Part shown: positions 17,903-28,695 of the stretch, piece after piece
How positions within the stretch are numbered: the first letter of the stretch is position 1
Layout of the letters: each line of letters opens with the position of its first letter
Source of the DNA: an uncultured delta proteobacterium
GTDB lineage: Bacteria; Myxococcota; Myxococcia; Myxococcales; Anaeromyxobacteraceae
NCBI GenBank assembly: GCA_963828255.1
Contig: CAWHDZ010000015.1
Span: forward strand, 64,001 to 128,000
Length of the DNA stretch: 64,000 bases
Direction: 5' to 3'
Program-made: the position numbers and the translations under genes
The notes under the pieces: model-generated
The model's input: the letters and a program-made list of their open reading frames with translations, nothing else
What the model was told of the DNA's origin: nothing
Databases searched by the model: none

Positions 17903-18571
17903 CTACGCCGTTCGGGTGAACGTGGTGACGAACTCGTCGGGGCCGGTCTCGACGGTCACCCCCCGTACCCCGAGGGCGGCGGCGCGCTCCAGTACCGGGC
18001 CGGGGACGTGCGGCGTGACGAGCTCGTAAGCCTCTCCGGCGCCGAGGGCCGCGAGGTCTCGGAGGACCTCCTCCACGGGGTGGATGCCCTGGGCCTTGAG
18101 CGGGCGGGCGTCGAGCCGCTTCACGAGGCGCTGCGCCCCGGGGAGCGCCTCGAGTTCCTTCACGCGCTGCCGGAGCGTCTTTTCCCGCTGGAAGCGCTCC
18201 GTCACGTCGCGGAAGACCGCCACCACGAAGGCGATGCGCCCTGCGTCGTCCGGGACGAGCTGGATGGAGAACTCCACCGAGAGTTGGCGACCGTCCTTGT
18301 GGAGCGCGGGCACCGCGAGGAGCCGTTCCGCCCCGTAGCGCGTGACTCCCGTCTCCATGACCTCGTTCCAGCCGCCCCAGTGCCTACCGCGAAGCCGCTC
18401 GGGGATGATGACGTCCATGGAGGAGCCCAGCACCTCGACCCCGGAGAAGCCGAAGGTCCGCTCGGAGGCCGCGTTCCAGTAAAGGATCTTGCCCGCGCGG
18501 TCGGATACGAGGACGGCGTCGGGAGATCCATCGAGGATGCGCTGGGGGAGCCCGAAGGGGAGCGCGTTCAT
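17903..18571 (-). CDS. PAS domain protein fused to a C-terminal DUF2249/TusA-like domain
   Basis: ATG 18571 overlaps the narK stop. PAS (PDAV..D..GKILYWN..E.TFG..IIPERLRGRHW..HKDG..RDVTER), a coiled linker, then LDARPL..G.HP..VL..L..GE.YELVTPH.P.P. Confidence 0.78.
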   Translation of the reverse strand: MNALPFGLPQRILDGSPDAVLVSDRAGKILYWNAASERTFGFSGVEVLGSSMDVIIPERLRGRHWGGWNEVMETGVTRYGAERLLAVPALHKDGRQLSVEFSIQLVPDDAGRIAFVVAVFRDVTERFQREKTLRQRVKELEALPGAQRLVKRLDARPLKAQGIHPVEEVLRDLAALGAGEAYELVTPHVPGPVLERAAALGVRGVTVETGPDEFVTTFTRTA

Positions 18572-19901
18572 GGTGTCCTCCGGGCGGTGGCCGGCCGGAG
18601 CCCCGGCTCCATCTCCTCGGCGATGAGTGGCGCCGCGTCCCTCGACATCCGCCGCACCACCACCTGCATCCAGACGAGGCAGGTCACCGAGAGGACGAAG
18701 AGGAAGGCGAACGTCGTGGTCGGCAGGTGGGTCGCCTGGGTCATGGCGCCGAAGAGGATGGGCATGACGAACCCGCCGAGGCCGCCGATGACGCCGACGA
18801 GGCCCCCCACCGAACCAACCTTGTCCGGGAAGTAGTGCGGGATGTGCTTGAACACGGCGGCCTTGCCGATTCCCATGGCGAGGCCAAGCATGAAGACGAC
18901 CACCGTGAAGAGGGTCGGGGTCATCCGGAGGGAAAGGTGCGGCGCGGCCCCAGCACCCACGTACTTGGCCGGCACGATGAAACCCAGATCCACGTCGGGA
19001 AACGAGAGCAGGAAGGTCGTCAACACGCAGATGGAGAGCACCCAGTACATGACGGTCCTGGCCCCGTAGCGATCGGAGAGCCAGCCGCCCGGGGCGCGGA
19101 TGATGCCCGACGGGAAGACGAAGATGGCGGCGAGCAGCGCCGCGTCCTTCAGCGGGAGGCCGAAGACGTCGATGTAGTACTTGGGCAGCCAGAGCGAGAG
19201 CGCCACGTAGCCGCCGAAGACCAGGAAGTAGTAGAGGCTGAACCGCCACACCCGCATGTGCTTGAGCGGGGAGAGGAGTTGCCTGATCGTCTCCTGCTTG
19301 TGATGGGAGTGGTCGGTGTAGGTGAACGTCCAGTAGATGGCGGCCGTGATCAGCACGGCGACGGCGTAGACGAAGGGAACGAAGCGCCAGCCGCCCGGGA
19401 TGACCCCAGGCCGCCAACCGGGACCACCAGCATCAGGGCGGGGGCGAAGAGCTTGGTGAGCGACGCGCCGGTGTTCCCGGCCCCGAAGATGCCGAGCGCC
19501 GTGCCCTGCAACCGCTGCGGGAACCAGGCCGAGGTGTACGCAATGCCCACCGCGAAGGTCGTCCCGGCCATGCCGATGAAGAGCCCGAGCACCAGGTACT
19601 GCCAGTACTGGGTGGCGAAGCAGAGGAGCAACAGTGGGATGGCGGTCGTCGCCAGGAGCGCGGTGAAGATGGGGCGGCCGCCGATCCAGTCGGTGGCCAT
19701 CCCGATGGGAAGGCGCAGGAGCGATCCTGTGAGGATGGGGAGCGCCACCAGAAGGGCGAACTCGGTCTCGCCGAGGGAGAGCTCCTTCCGGATGGCGATC
19801 CCGACGATGGCGAAGATCACCCACACGGCAAACATCACCGTGAACCCGAAGGTGTTCATGGTGAGGACGCTGTTGCGCTTCCACTTCTCCGACCGTTCCA
19901 T
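18568..19901 (-). CDS. narK: NarK-family nitrate/nitrite MFS transporter (NarK1-like) with a 1-nt frameshift at ~19404-19407
   Basis: N-half MERSEKW..PILTGSLLRLP..QGTALGIFGAGNTGAS in one frame; C-half GVIPGGWRFVP..FGGYVAL..RAPGGWLSD..GGLGGF in another. One extra base in the 4-G run joins them. Confidence 0.85.
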
Positions 19902-19915
19902 GGGCGTCGTTCCTG

Positions 19916-21292
19916 CTAGCAGGGCATCTCGGCGTTGCGTCGCGCGTAGACCCACCAGGTGATGAGGATGCAGCTCACGTAAACGACGATGAACCCCACG
20001 AAGGCGGCCGAGGGCGACCCGGTGGACTTCATCGAGACGCCGAAGGCCCGCGGGATGAAGAAGGCGCCGTAGGCCGCCACCGCCGAGCTGAACCCGATCA
20101 CCGCCGCCGACTCCTTGGCCGAGTCCTTCCTCGCCTGGGCGATGCCGGCCGGTCCCTGTCCCTCGGTGAGCCGCTCGTGGAACGTGAGGAACATGACCGG
20201 GATCATCCTGAACGTGGAACCGTTCCCGACGCCGGAGGTGAGGAAGAGGAGGAGGAACATGGCGAGGAAGCCGGGGAAGCTGCCCGCTCCCCCGTCGCGG
20301 GGGAGGAAGAAGAGGACACCGCCGGCGAAGGCCGCCATGGCGACGAAGTTCCAGAGGGTCACCCTCGCGCCTCCGAGCTTGTCGGAGAGCCAGCCGCCCA
20401 CGGGGCGCGCCAGCGCGCCCACCAGCGGCCCGAGGAAGGCGTACTTCACCGGATCCACGCCGGGGAAGAGGGCCTTGATGAGGAGCGGCAGCCCCGCCGA
20501 GAAGCCGATGAAGGAGCCGAAGGTCCCGACGTAGAGCCAGCACATGATCCAGTTGTGCTTGCGCCTGAAGATGATCGACTGCTCGCGGAAGGAGGCCTTG
20601 GCGGACGCGATGTCGTTCATCCCGAACCAGGCCGCCACCACGCAGGCCGCCACGAATGGCACCCAGACGAAGCCAGCGTTCTGGAGCCAGATCGAGGCTC
20701 CCCTTGCGGTGTGCTGGGGCGCGCCGCCGATCCCGCCGAAGACGCCGGCGGTGATGACGAGCGGGACCACGAACTGCATGGTGGAGACGCCCAGGTTGCC
20801 GAGCCCGGCGTTCAAGCCCAGCGCCGTGCCCTTCTGGTCCTTGGGGAAGAAGAAGCTGATGTTGGCCATGCTGGAGGCGAAGTTCCCGCCCCCGAAGCCG
20901 CAGAGGAGCGCCAGCACCAGCATGGTCGTGTAGGAGGTGGTGGGATCCTGGACCGCGAAACCGATGCCCACCGCGGGCAGCAGGAGCGACGCCGTGGAGA
21001 TTGCCGTCCACCTCCGCCCGCCGAAGATGGGGACCATGAACGAGTAGAAGATGCGCAGGGTGGCGCCGGAGAGACCGGGGAGGGCCGCCAGCCAGAAGAG
21101 CTGGTCGGTGGTGAACCTGAACCCCACCTCCGGAAGCCGCACCACCACCACGCTCCAGACCATCCAGACCGCGAAGGAGAGGAGCAGGGCCGGGATGGAG
21201 ATCCAGAGGTTCCTCTTGGCGACGGCGCGCCCCTCGGAGGTCCAGAACGCCTTGTCCTCGACGTCCCAGCGCTCGAGCACGCGCGAGCTCAT
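19916..21292 (-). CDS. narK: NarK-family nitrate/nitrite transporter (NarK2/NarU-like)
   Basis: WDVED..FW..A.RNLWISIP, nitrate signature GFGGGNFASSM.NISFFFP, GNGSTFRMIP. Confidence 0.93.
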   Translation of the reverse strand: MSSRVLERWDVEDKAFWTSEGRAVAKRNLWISIPALLLSFAVWMVWSVVVVRLPEVGFRFTTDQLFWLAALPGLSGATLRIFYSFMVPIFGGRRWTAISTASLLLPAVGIGFAVQDPTTSYTTMLVLALLCGFGGGNFASSMANISFFFPKDQKGTALGLNAGLGNLGVSTMQFVVPLVITAGVFGGIGGAPQHTARGASIWLQNAGFVWVPFVAACVVAAWFGMNDIASAKASFREQSIIFRRKHNWIMCWLYVGTFGSFIGFSAGLPLLIKALFPGVDPVKYAFLGPLVGALARPVGGWLSDKLGGARVTLWNFVAMAAFAGGVLFFLPRDGGAGSFPGFLAMFLLLFLTSGVGNGSTFRMIPVMFLTFHERLTEGQGPAGIAQARKDSAKESAAVIGFSSAVAAYGAFFIPRAFGVSMKSTGSPSAAFVGFIVVYVSCILITWWVYARRNAEMPC

Positions 21293-21969
21293 CGGGAGCC
21301 TCCGGGCGACGCCGGACGGGGGCGCCGCCAGATGACGACCTGGGGAATCCGCCACAGGTACTCGACAGGCGCGACGAAGATGTGGGCGAGCCGCGTGTAG
21401 GGGACGAGCGCAATGAGCACGAAGGCGTTGAGCGCGTGGATCTTCATGACCACGGGCAGGTTCACCATGAGGTCCACGCGGGGCGCGTGACGGACGAGCG
21501 AGCCGAGCCAGGGGGTGGCGACGTGGGGGAACCAGGCGTATCCCCAGCGCGCCGTCACCGCCGTGTAGACGCCGGTCACAACCTGCACGAGCAGAAGCGC
21601 CATCACCGCCCAGTCGAGCCAGGTGGTCTCCCCACGAAGCGTGAAGCGGCGGACGCCGAGGACCAGGAGACCCCAGAGCGCGGTGATCCCCAGGGCGAGC
21701 CCCGTCACCTCGATGGCGATGAGCCGACCGGGAGAGGAGAGGGCGGCCGTCACCAGCCCGGGGAGGAAGACCGCGGCCAGGTGGGCGAGCAGCACGAGGA
21801 GGATGGCGTAATGCCAGGAGACCGAGCCCCAGTACTGCAACCGGCTCTCGAGCATCTGGGATGAGGAACTGGTCACCGTGGAGCGCATCGTCCGGAAGCG
21901 ACGGAACGCGCCCACCACGGCCACCGCAATGGCGATGTACGGGAACACGCCGAACAGGAAGGCATCCAT
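21289..21969 (-). CDS. narI: Respiratory nitrate reductase gamma subunit (cytochrome b)
   Basis: MDAFLFGVFPY, SSSSQMLE, WHY.IL..L.H, KIH..P.TRL.H. Confidence 0.92.
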   Translation of the reverse strand: MDAFLFGVFPYIAIAVAVVGAFRRFRTMRSTVTSSSSQMLESRLQYWGSVSWHYAILLVLLAHLAAVFLPGLVTAALSSPGRLIAIEVTGLALGITALWGLLVLGVRRFTLRGETTWLDWAVMALLLVQVVTGVYTAVTARWGYAWFPHVATPWLGSLVRHAPRVDLMVNLPVVMKIHALNAFVLIALVPYTRLAHIFVAPVEYLWRIPQVVIWRRPRPASPGGSR

Positions 21970-22487
21970 CACGCCACCTCCTCGCGCAGGGCGGCCAGCA
22001 CCGAGCGGTAGACGTTGTCCGGGTCGAGCGGGGCTTCCAGCATCTTGTCGAGCGCGGGGACGAGACCGTCCCGGAGCAGGGCCTGCCGCGACGGACCGTC
22101 CGGGACGACCGACAGGTAGCGAAGGACGACCGCGACGTGGTCGGGAAGCTCTCCCCGGGGAGTGCCCCCCTCGAAACCGTCCTGTCGGTACACGTCGGCG
22201 AGCTTCGCCATGAAGAGGCCTCGCTTCGGCCCCTCGCCGCAGAGGTGGTGTCCGACGTATGGGGCGCAGGCGGGGTCGAGGTCGAAGGTGGAGGAGAAGA
22301 CCTCCTCCATCTCGTGGGGACGGGCGGCCTCGGCCCGGGTGACGAAGCGGTCGAGGTGCCTGGCCGAGCCGCGGTCGCCGACCAGCTCTCGGCACCGCCG
22401 CGCGGCCGGGGCGGGATCGCTCGCCGGGTAGGAGAGAAGAACGGCGAAGGCCTCGAGGAGCTGCTCCTGGCGTGCGGGATCGGTCAC
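21969..22487 (-). CDS. narJ: Nitrate reductase Mo-cofactor assembly chaperone
   Basis: LLSYP, STFDL, ELPDH, NVYR; lies between narH and narI. Confidence 0.88.
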   Translation of the reverse strand: MTDPARQEQLLEAFAVLLSYPASDPAPAARRCRELVGDRGSARHLDRFVTRAEAARPHEMEEVFSSTFDLDPACAPYVGHHLCGEGPKRGLFMAKLADVYRQDGFEGGTPRGELPDHVAVVLRYLSVVPDGPSRQALLRDGLVPALDKMLEAPLDPDNVYRSVLAALREEVA

Positions 22488-22490
22488 GGG

Positions 22491-23963
22491 TCACCTCCCC
22501 GGGGGCGGACGCAGGTAGGCGAAGCCGGCCGCGTTCTGCCGCTGCGGCTCGACGGTGGGGTCGGTGAATCCCTCGCGCATCATGGGAGGGATGACGATCC
22601 GCTCATCCATGCTGGCCAGCGAGGTGAGCCGGTAGATGTCGTTGGCGGCTTCGGCGGATAGGCCTGCCACCGACATGGCGTCGGTGACGAGGTGCGCGGC
22701 GAGGTCACCGACCTGCGTCGCGCGCCGGTGCAGCCTCACCGCCATGAGCTTCCGGTAGGCTGCCTTCACGACCTCCTCGTTCCCCGCGGAGAAGAGGCTG
22801 GCCAGGTACCTGAACGGGAGCCGGGCCTTCTCCAGCGAGGTGAAGAAGCTCGCCTCCCCCTCGGCGACGTCCTGCGCCATGGCGGGCAGGAGCGGCGGCA
22901 CGTAGAAGAGCATCGGGAGCGTGCGGTACTCGGGGTGCAGCGGCAGCGCGATCTCCCACTCCTTCACGAAGCGATAGACGGGCGACCGGCGGGCCGACTC
23001 GATCACCGCGTCGGGCACTCCGTTGGCTCGGGCCGCGGCCGCCACGGCCGGGTCGAACGGGTCGAGGATGAGCGAGCGCTGCGCGGCCACCAGCTCGGCG
23101 TCGGTCTTCCCGGCGACCTCCAGCAGCCTGTCGGCGTCGTAGAGCAGCACCCCCAGGTAGCGGATGCGCCCCACGCAGGTGTGGAAGCAGGCAGGCGCCT
23201 CGCCGGCCTCGAGCCGGGGGTAGCAGAGGATGCACTTCTCCGACTTCCCGGTGGACCAGTTGAAGTAGATCTTCTTGTACGGGCAAGCCGACACGCACAT
23301 GCGCCAGCCGCGGCAGCGGTCCTGGTTCACGAGGACGATGCCGTCCTCGCCCCGCTTGTAGATCGCCCCTGACGGGCAGGCGGCCACGCAGGCGGCGTTC
23401 AGGCAGTGGTTGCAGATGCGAGGCAGGTAGAAGAAGACCATCCGCTCGATGCCCTGCAACTCGGCCCGCTCCTCCTCGGAGAGGCCGGCCAGGTTCGGAT
23501 CCTGCGCCGCGTAAACCGGCGACCCGGAGAGATCGTCGTCCCAGTTCGGGCCGCTCCGGATCTCCATGGGCTTGCCGTCGATGAGGGAGATGGGCCGCGC
23601 GGTCGGCTGGTCGTTCCCCGCCGGGGCGTTGAAGAGGTTGCCGTAGTCGTACGTGAAGGGCTCGTAGTAGTCGTCGAGCACCGGGAGCAGCGGATTCGAG
23701 AAGATCCGCGCCAGGCTGGCCAGCCGGCCGCCCTGCCGGAGCTTCAGCCCGTCCCCGTCCCTCTTCCAGCCCCCCTTGTACTGCTCCTGGTCCTCCCAGG
23801 AACTCGGGTAGCCGGTGCCGGGCTTGGTCTCGACGTTGTTCCACCACGCGTATTCGAGACCGCGGCGGTCGGTCCACTGGTTCTTGCAGGCCACGCTGCA
23901 GGTGTGGCACCCGATGCACTTGTCGAGATGGAACACCGTCGAGATCTGCGAGCGCACGTTCAT
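22491..23963 (-). CDS. narH: Respiratory nitrate reductase beta subunit (Fe-S)
   Basis: LDKCIGCHTCSVACK, LPRICNHCLNAACVAACP, CRGWRMCVSACPYK, KCILCYPR. Confidence 0.96.
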   Translation of the reverse strand: MNVRSQISTVFHLDKCIGCHTCSVACKNQWTDRRGLEYAWWNNVETKPGTGYPSSWEDQEQYKGGWKRDGDGLKLRQGGRLASLARIFSNPLLPVLDDYYEPFTYDYGNLFNAPAGNDQPTARPISLIDGKPMEIRSGPNWDDDLSGSPVYAAQDPNLAGLSEEERAELQGIERMVFFYLPRICNHCLNAACVAACPSGAIYKRGEDGIVLVNQDRCRGWRMCVSACPYKKIYFNWSTGKSEKCILCYPRLEAGEAPACFHTCVGRIRYLGVLLYDADRLLEVAGKTDAELVAAQRSLILDPFDPAVAAAARANGVPDAVIESARRSPVYRFVKEWEIALPLHPEYRTLPMLFYVPPLLPAMAQDVAEGEASFFTSLEKARLPFRYLASLFSAGNEEVVKAAYRKLMAVRLHRRATQVGDLAAHLVTDAMSVAGLSAEAANDIYRLTSLASMDERIVIPPMMREGFTDPTVEPQRQNAAGFAYLRPPPGR

Positions 23964-23976
23964 GGCGTGTCCCCGG

Positions 23977-26900
23977 TCAGTACTGCGGCGATCCGTCGAG
24001 CTTGCGCACGCGGATGAAGGTGTCCCGGTTGTTCCCGGTGGGGCCCCAGTAGTTGAGGGCGAAGGTGAACTGGCCGTAGCCGCCCAGCATGAGCGTGGGC
24101 TTCAAGCGCACCCGCGTCAGGCTGTTGTGGCCGCCGGCCCGCTTGCCGCCTCGCTCCGGACTCTTCGGGACGCCGATGGTCCGCTCCGGCGCGTGGTAGA
24201 GCAGGCACAAGCCCGTGGGGATTCGCGCCGAGACCACGCAGCGCACCACCACCACACCGTGGTCGTTGAAGGCCTCGACCCAGTCGTTGTCCTGCAGACC
24301 GATGCTGGCCGCGTCCTTGTCGTTCATCCAGAGCGGATGGGTGCCGCGGGAGAGCGACAGCATGCGGAGGTTGTCTCCGAAGGTGGAGTGGATGCCCCAC
24401 TTCCCGTGCGGGGTGAGGTAGTTGAGCTGCAGGCTCTGGCGGCCGTCCCCGGAGGCCTCCAGGTCGCGGACGATGTCCGCCCCCGGCTTCGGCTTGTAGG
24501 TGGGGAGCGCCTCCCCGAAGGCGATGAAACCCGGGTGGTCGAGGTAGAAGTGCTGGCGACCGGTGAGCGTCCGCCAGGGCACGAGCCGCTCCACGTTGAG
24601 GCAGTAGGCCGAGTAGGTTCGGCCGTTGCCGGTGATGCCGGTCCAGCAGGGGCTGTCGAGGAGCCGGCGCGGCTGGCGGGCCAGGTCCTGGAAGGTAGTC
24701 CGGACGTTGCGGCTTCCGGCCACGAGGTCCGTGAGCGGCATCCCGACCTTCTTCTCCTCGGCGGCGAAGGCGCGGAAGGCCGATTCGCCGTTGGTCTCCG
24801 GAGCGAGGTGCAGGATGACGTTTGCGGCGTCCTTCGCGTTCGCGATGGACGGATAGCGCACGCCGCCCCACTCCTCTCGCGGACGGTCGCGCACGAGCTC
24901 GTCGTAGAGATCGTCCACCGGCCAGGTGATGCCGTGGGCGCCGATGCCCTGTGTGCGCACCACCGGTCCGAAGGAGATGAACTTCCTGTGGAGGTTGACG
25001 TAGTCCCGGTCGACGTACGACAGGCCGGGCATGGTCTTCCCCGGAACCGGCTCGCACTCCCCGTCCGCCCAGTCGAGCAGCTCCCGCTGGGCCATCTCCG
25101 CTGGGGTGTCGTGCTGGAGGGGGCGGGTCACGATCTCGCGCACTGGTTCGGGCAGGTGCGTCCTGGCGAGCTCGCTCACCTTCTCGGCGATGGCCTTGAA
25201 GATGTCCCAGTCGCTCCTCGACTCCCAGCAGGGCGGGACCGCCGCCTGGAGGGGGTGGATGAACGAGTGCATGTCGGTGGAGTTGAGGTCGTCCTTCTCG
25301 TACCAGGTGGCCGCGGGCAGGATGACGTCGGAGTAGAGCGCGGTCGTGTCCATCCGGAAGTTGAGGTCGACGACCAGGTCGAGCTTCCCCTTCGGCGCAG
25401 GGTCCCGCCAGGCGACGTCCTCGACCTCCCCCTTGGCGGTCTCGGGCGCCACGGCGTTCGAGTGGGTGCCCAGATAGTGGCGCAGGAAGTACTCGTGCCC
25501 CTTGGCGGACGACATGAGGGCGTTGCCTCGCCAGATGAACCAGAGGCGCGGCCAGTTCTCCGGCGCGTCCGGGTCCTCCACCGAGAACTTGAGCTTCCTC
25601 GCCTTCAGCTGGTCGACCACCCAGGCGCTCACCTCGGCGTCGGACTTCGCTCCGGCCGCCTTCGCCTCCTTCACCACCGCGACGGGAGTGCGGTCGAACT
25701 GGGGGAAGAAGGGGAGCCAGCCGAGCCGGACGGCACGGGCCTGGTGATCCATGGTGTGGCGGGTGGCGAACGCGCTCGGGATGGGAAGCGGGTTGAGCTT
25801 CTCGTCCTCGCTGGCCCGCTCGTAGCGCCACTGGTCGGAGTGGACGTAGTGGAAGCTGGGCGCGTTCTGGAGCCGCGGGGGCCCTGCCCAGTCGAGCGCG
25901 AAGGCCAGCGCCGACCAGGGGGCCACCGGAGCGAGCTTCTCCTGCCCCACGTAGTGGTTGAGCCCGCCGCCGTTCTTGCCGATGCAGCCGCAGAGGACGA
26001 GGCCGGCGATGGCGGCGCGGTAGGCGTGATCGCCGTGGTACCACTGGTTCACGCCGGCGCCGATGATGACCGAGCACTTGCCGCCGGTCTTGTCGGCGGT
26101 GGTGGCCCATTCCCGGGCGAAGCGGATCACCTCGGCCGCGGAGACGCCGGTGAAGCGCTCCTGCCAGGCGGGGGTATAGGCGGCGTCGGCGTCGTCGTAG
26201 GCCGACGGGTAGTCGCCGGCGAGACCACGGGAGACCCCGTACTGGGCGAAGAGCAGGTCGTAGACGGTCGCCACCTGCACCGGGCCGCCCAGCGTCTCCA
26301 CGGTGCGCACCGGGACGCCGCGAAGGGCCACCTTCCCCGAGGCATACTCGTCGAAGGACACCTGGGCGACGGCGTCGGTCGATCCCAGGAAGGAGGTCTG
26401 GGCGTCGATCTCCAGGCCGTCGACGCCATCCTTCATCTCGAGGTTCCACTGCCCTTTCTCGTGCTGCCAGCGGAACCCCAGCGTTCCGCGGGGCATGCGG
26501 GGGGCTCTGGCCGTTCCGTCCCAGACCAGGAACTTGAAATCCCCGTTCTCGGCATCCTTGGTGCGGGCGAGCTGGCTGGCGCGCAGCATGCGGCCGGGGC
26601 GCAGCGCCCCGGCGTGCTCCTCCAGCTCCACCAGGAACGGGGCGTCGCTGTATCGGCGCACGTAGTCGAGGAAGTAGGGGGTCTGCTTCTCGTGGTGGAA
26701 CTCCTTCAGGATGACGTGGTCCACGGCCAGCCAGAAGGCGGCATCCTGGCCGGCGTGGATGGGGATCCACTGATCGGCATACTTGGACGTCATGCTGAAG
26801 TCGGGGCTGAGCACCACCAGCTTTGCGCCGTCGTGGCGGGCCTCGGCCGCGAAGTGGACGTCGGGGGTGCGGGTCATTCCGAGATTTGCGCCCATCGAGA

Positions 26901-27600
26901 CGATGAACTTGGAGTGATACCAGTCGGCGCTCTCGGCCACGTCGGTCTGCTCTCCCCAGACCTCGGGCGAGGCATTGGGCAGGTCGCAGTACCAGTCGTA
27001 GAAGGAGAGATTGACGCCCCCGAGGAGCTGGAGGAAGCGGGAGCCGGCGGCGAAGCTCAGCATCGACATGGCCGGGATGGGGCTGAAGCCGATGATCCGG
27101 TCGGAGCCGTGCTGCTTCACGGTGTGGATGGTGGAGGCAGCGGTGAGCTCCAGGACCTCCTCCCAGGAACTGCGCCGCAGCCCGCCCTTGCCTCGGGCCT
27201 CCTGGTAGCTCTGGCGCTTCACCGGGTCGTTCACGATGGAAGCCCAGGCGGCCACCGGATTGGCGTGGACCTTGCGGGCCTCCCGCCAGAGGTCCATGAG
27301 CACGCCGCGCAGGTAGGGGTACTTCACCCGCAGCGGGCTGTAGAGGTACCAGGAGGCGGAGATGCCCCGCTGGCATCCGCGCGGCTCGTAGGCGGGCACG
27401 TCGGCCGAGATGCGGGGGTAGTCGGTGGCCTGGGTCTCGAGCGCGACCACGCCGTTCTTCACGTGGATGTTCCAGGAGCAGCCGCCTGTGCAGTTCACGC
27501 CGTGCGTGCTCCGCACCACCTTGTCGTGCTGGAAGCGGTTTCGGTAGATCTCCTCCCAGCGCCGCTCGTCGGGGTCGAAGATGTCCTTCACCCAACTCAT
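23977..27600 (-). CDS. narG: Respiratory nitrate reductase alpha subunit (cytoplasm-facing, no Tat signal)
   Basis: ATG 27600; [40 protein letters not shown]. 1207 aa. Confidence 0.96.
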   Translation of the reverse strand: MSWVKDIFDPDERRWEEIYRNRFQHDKVVRSTHGVNCTGGCSWNIHVKNGVVALETQATDYPRISADVPAYEPRGCQRGISASWYLYSPLRVKYPYLRGVLMDLWREARKVHANPVAAWASIVNDPVKRQSYQEARGKGGLRRSSWEEVLELTAASTIHTVKQHGSDRIIGFSPIPAMSMLSFAAGSRFLQLLGGVNLSFYDWYCDLPNASPEVWGEQTDVAESADWYHSKFIVSMGANLGMTRTPDVHFAAEARHDGAKLVVLSPDFSMTSKYADQWIPIHAGQDAAFWLAVDHVILKEFHHEKQTPYFLDYVRRYSDAPFLVELEEHAGALRPGRMLRASQLARTKDAENGDFKFLVWDGTARAPRMPRGTLGFRWQHEKGQWNLEMKDGVDGLEIDAQTSFLGSTDAVAQVSFDEYASGKVALRGVPVRTVETLGGPVQVATVYDLLFAQYGVSRGLAGDYPSAYDDADAAYTPAWQERFTGVSAAEVIRFAREWATTADKTGGKCSVIIGAGVNQWYHGDHAYRAAIAGLVLCGCIGKNGGGLNHYVGQEKLAPVAPWSALAFALDWAGPPRLQNAPSFHYVHSDQWRYERASEDEKLNPLPIPSAFATRHTMDHQARAVRLGWLPFFPQFDRTPVAVVKEAKAAGAKSDAEVSAWVVDQLKARKLKFSVEDPDAPENWPRLWFIWRGNALMSSAKGHEYFLRHYLGTHSNAVAPETAKGEVEDVAWRDPAPKGKLDLVVDLNFRMDTTALYSDVILPAATWYEKDDLNSTDMHSFIHPLQAAVPPCWESRSDWDIFKAIAEKVSELARTHLPEPVREIVTRPLQHDTPAEMAQRELLDWADGECEPVPGKTMPGLSYVDRDYVNLHRKFISFGPVVRTQGIGAHGITWPVDDLYDELVRDRPREEWGGVRYPSIANAKDAANVILHLAPETNGESAFRAFAAEEKKVGMPLTDLVAGSRNVRTTFQDLARQPRRLLDSPCWTGITGNGRTYSAYCLNVERLVPWRTLTGRQHFYLDHPGFIAFGEALPTYKPKPGADIVRDLEASGDGRQSLQLNYLTPHGKWGIHSTFGDNLRMLSLSRGTHPLWMNDKDAASIGLQDNDWVEAFNDHGVVVVRCVVSARIPTGLCLLYHAPERTIGVPKSPERGGKRAGGHNSLTRVRLKPTLMLGGYGQFTFALNYWGPTGNNRDTFIRVRKLDGSPQY

Positions 27601-28103
27601 CGTGAGCCTCCAGCGTGCGAGGGGTAGGCGCGGTCGATCAGGCGGGCCCTTGAGCGGGCCTTGCGGCGGCGACCGTTCAGGGCGAGGCCAATGAAGAGCA
27701 GGAGTGCGATGAAGGTTCCCCAGGCCTCGAAGTGCCACGCGTCGCGGGGCGGTCCCTGCTTCGCCGCCGGGATGAGGTACGCGACCAGGTCGGCCCGCTC
27801 GGCCGGGGTGAGGGGGCGTCCGTCGTAGACGGGCGTCATGGACGGGAAGGGGAGGGCCTCCAGCAGGCCGTCGAGCGCCACCGGGTCCATGGTGGCGAGG
27901 CCGGTCGAGAGCTCGGGGCCGAGCGAGGCGGTGAAGGCCATCCCCTCGCCCCCCAGGGCGTGGCAGGCGCCGCAGGGGGCGCCGCCCCCCTGGAACGCGC
28001 GGGAGCCGGTGAAGAGGGCTCGGCCCGCGTCGGCGGATGGTTCGGCGGCGCCGGCGGTGCCGGCCACGAGGAGCGACAACAGGGAAACCCGGACTGCACG
28101 CAT
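27597..28103 (-). CDS. Membrane-anchored monoheme cytochrome c (NarC-like)
   Basis: Signal peptide, CGACH, GPEL, distal Met (FPSM), C-terminal TM. Stop overlaps the narG start. Confidence 0.8.
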   Translation of the reverse strand: MRAVRVSLLSLLVAGTAGAAEPSADAGRALFTGSRAFQGGGAPCGACHALGGEGMAFTASLGPELSTGLATMDPVALDGLLEALPFPSMTPVYDGRPLTPAERADLVAYLIPAAKQGPPRDAWHFEAWGTFIALLLFIGLALNGRRRKARSRARLIDRAYPSHAGGSR

Positions 28104-28122
28104 GGTGACCTCCTCGCCTGGG

Positions 28123-28695
28123 CTAGGACGGCGCGTGGCGCGCCACGAGCTCCCGGCCGAGGTCCTTCAGGGAGTCGTGTCCCGCGGCGACCTGCTTCGC
28201 CTCGAAAGCGGCGCAATCCCGATCGACCCCGGCGAGCGCCTCCTCGTGGAGGCGCTGGCGGGCCATGGGATAGAGGATCTGGTCCTCCTTGCGGATGTGG
28301 CCGCGAAGGAGGTCGGCGTAACCGCGCGCGCCGGCGATGGCGGCGGCCCGGTCCTGGTCGGTCCAGGGGGTCGCCTGCTCGGCGTGCTGGGCCATGACGG
28401 CGACGAAGGCCCGGCCGGCCTCGTGGTCCATGAGCATCACCGCGATGGGGCCGCCGTCGCTGGGGAAGCCGGCCGCCACCATGGCCTTGAAGAGGATGTC
28501 CTCCTCCTTGCCGTGGTGGCGGGCGTCGGCGAACTCCCGGATGAAGCGCACGAAGCGGGAGAGCTCTGCCCTCTCGTCCCCGCCCCGGGAGGCTCCCCCG
28601 GTGAAGGCGTCGAGCGCGTCGAGGGCGCGGAGGATGAGCTGGTGCTCCTGCATGAGCAGCTCGATGGCGTCCATGGCGGGGGCCTCGAGGGTCAC
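28123..28695 (-). CDS. Hemerythrin (HHE) domain protein
   Basis: LMQEHQLI, HHGKEEDILF, MLMDH, HIRKEDQILYP. GTG start overlaps the upstream stop (alternative ATG 28674). Confidence 0.88.
   Translation of the reverse strand: MTLEAPAMDAIELLMQEHQLILRALDALDAFTGGASRGGDERAELSRFVRFIREFADARHHGKEEDILFKAMVAAGFPSDGGPIAVMLMDHEAGRAFVAVMAQHAEQATPWTDQDRAAAIAGARGYADLLRGHIRKEDQILYPMARQRLHEEALAGVDRDCAAFEAKQVAAGHDSLKDLGRELVARHAPS

Noticed and set aside
23977..27600. narG as nitrite oxidoreductase or perchlorate reductase
   Set aside because: No Tat signal, and the narHJI-narK-nrf context fits a respiratory nitrate reductase.
23815..27627. 1270-aa plus-strand and 1211-aa minus-strand ORFs
   Set aside because: Alternative-frame shadows of narG caused by high GC3; Arg/Pro/Gly-rich with no motifs.
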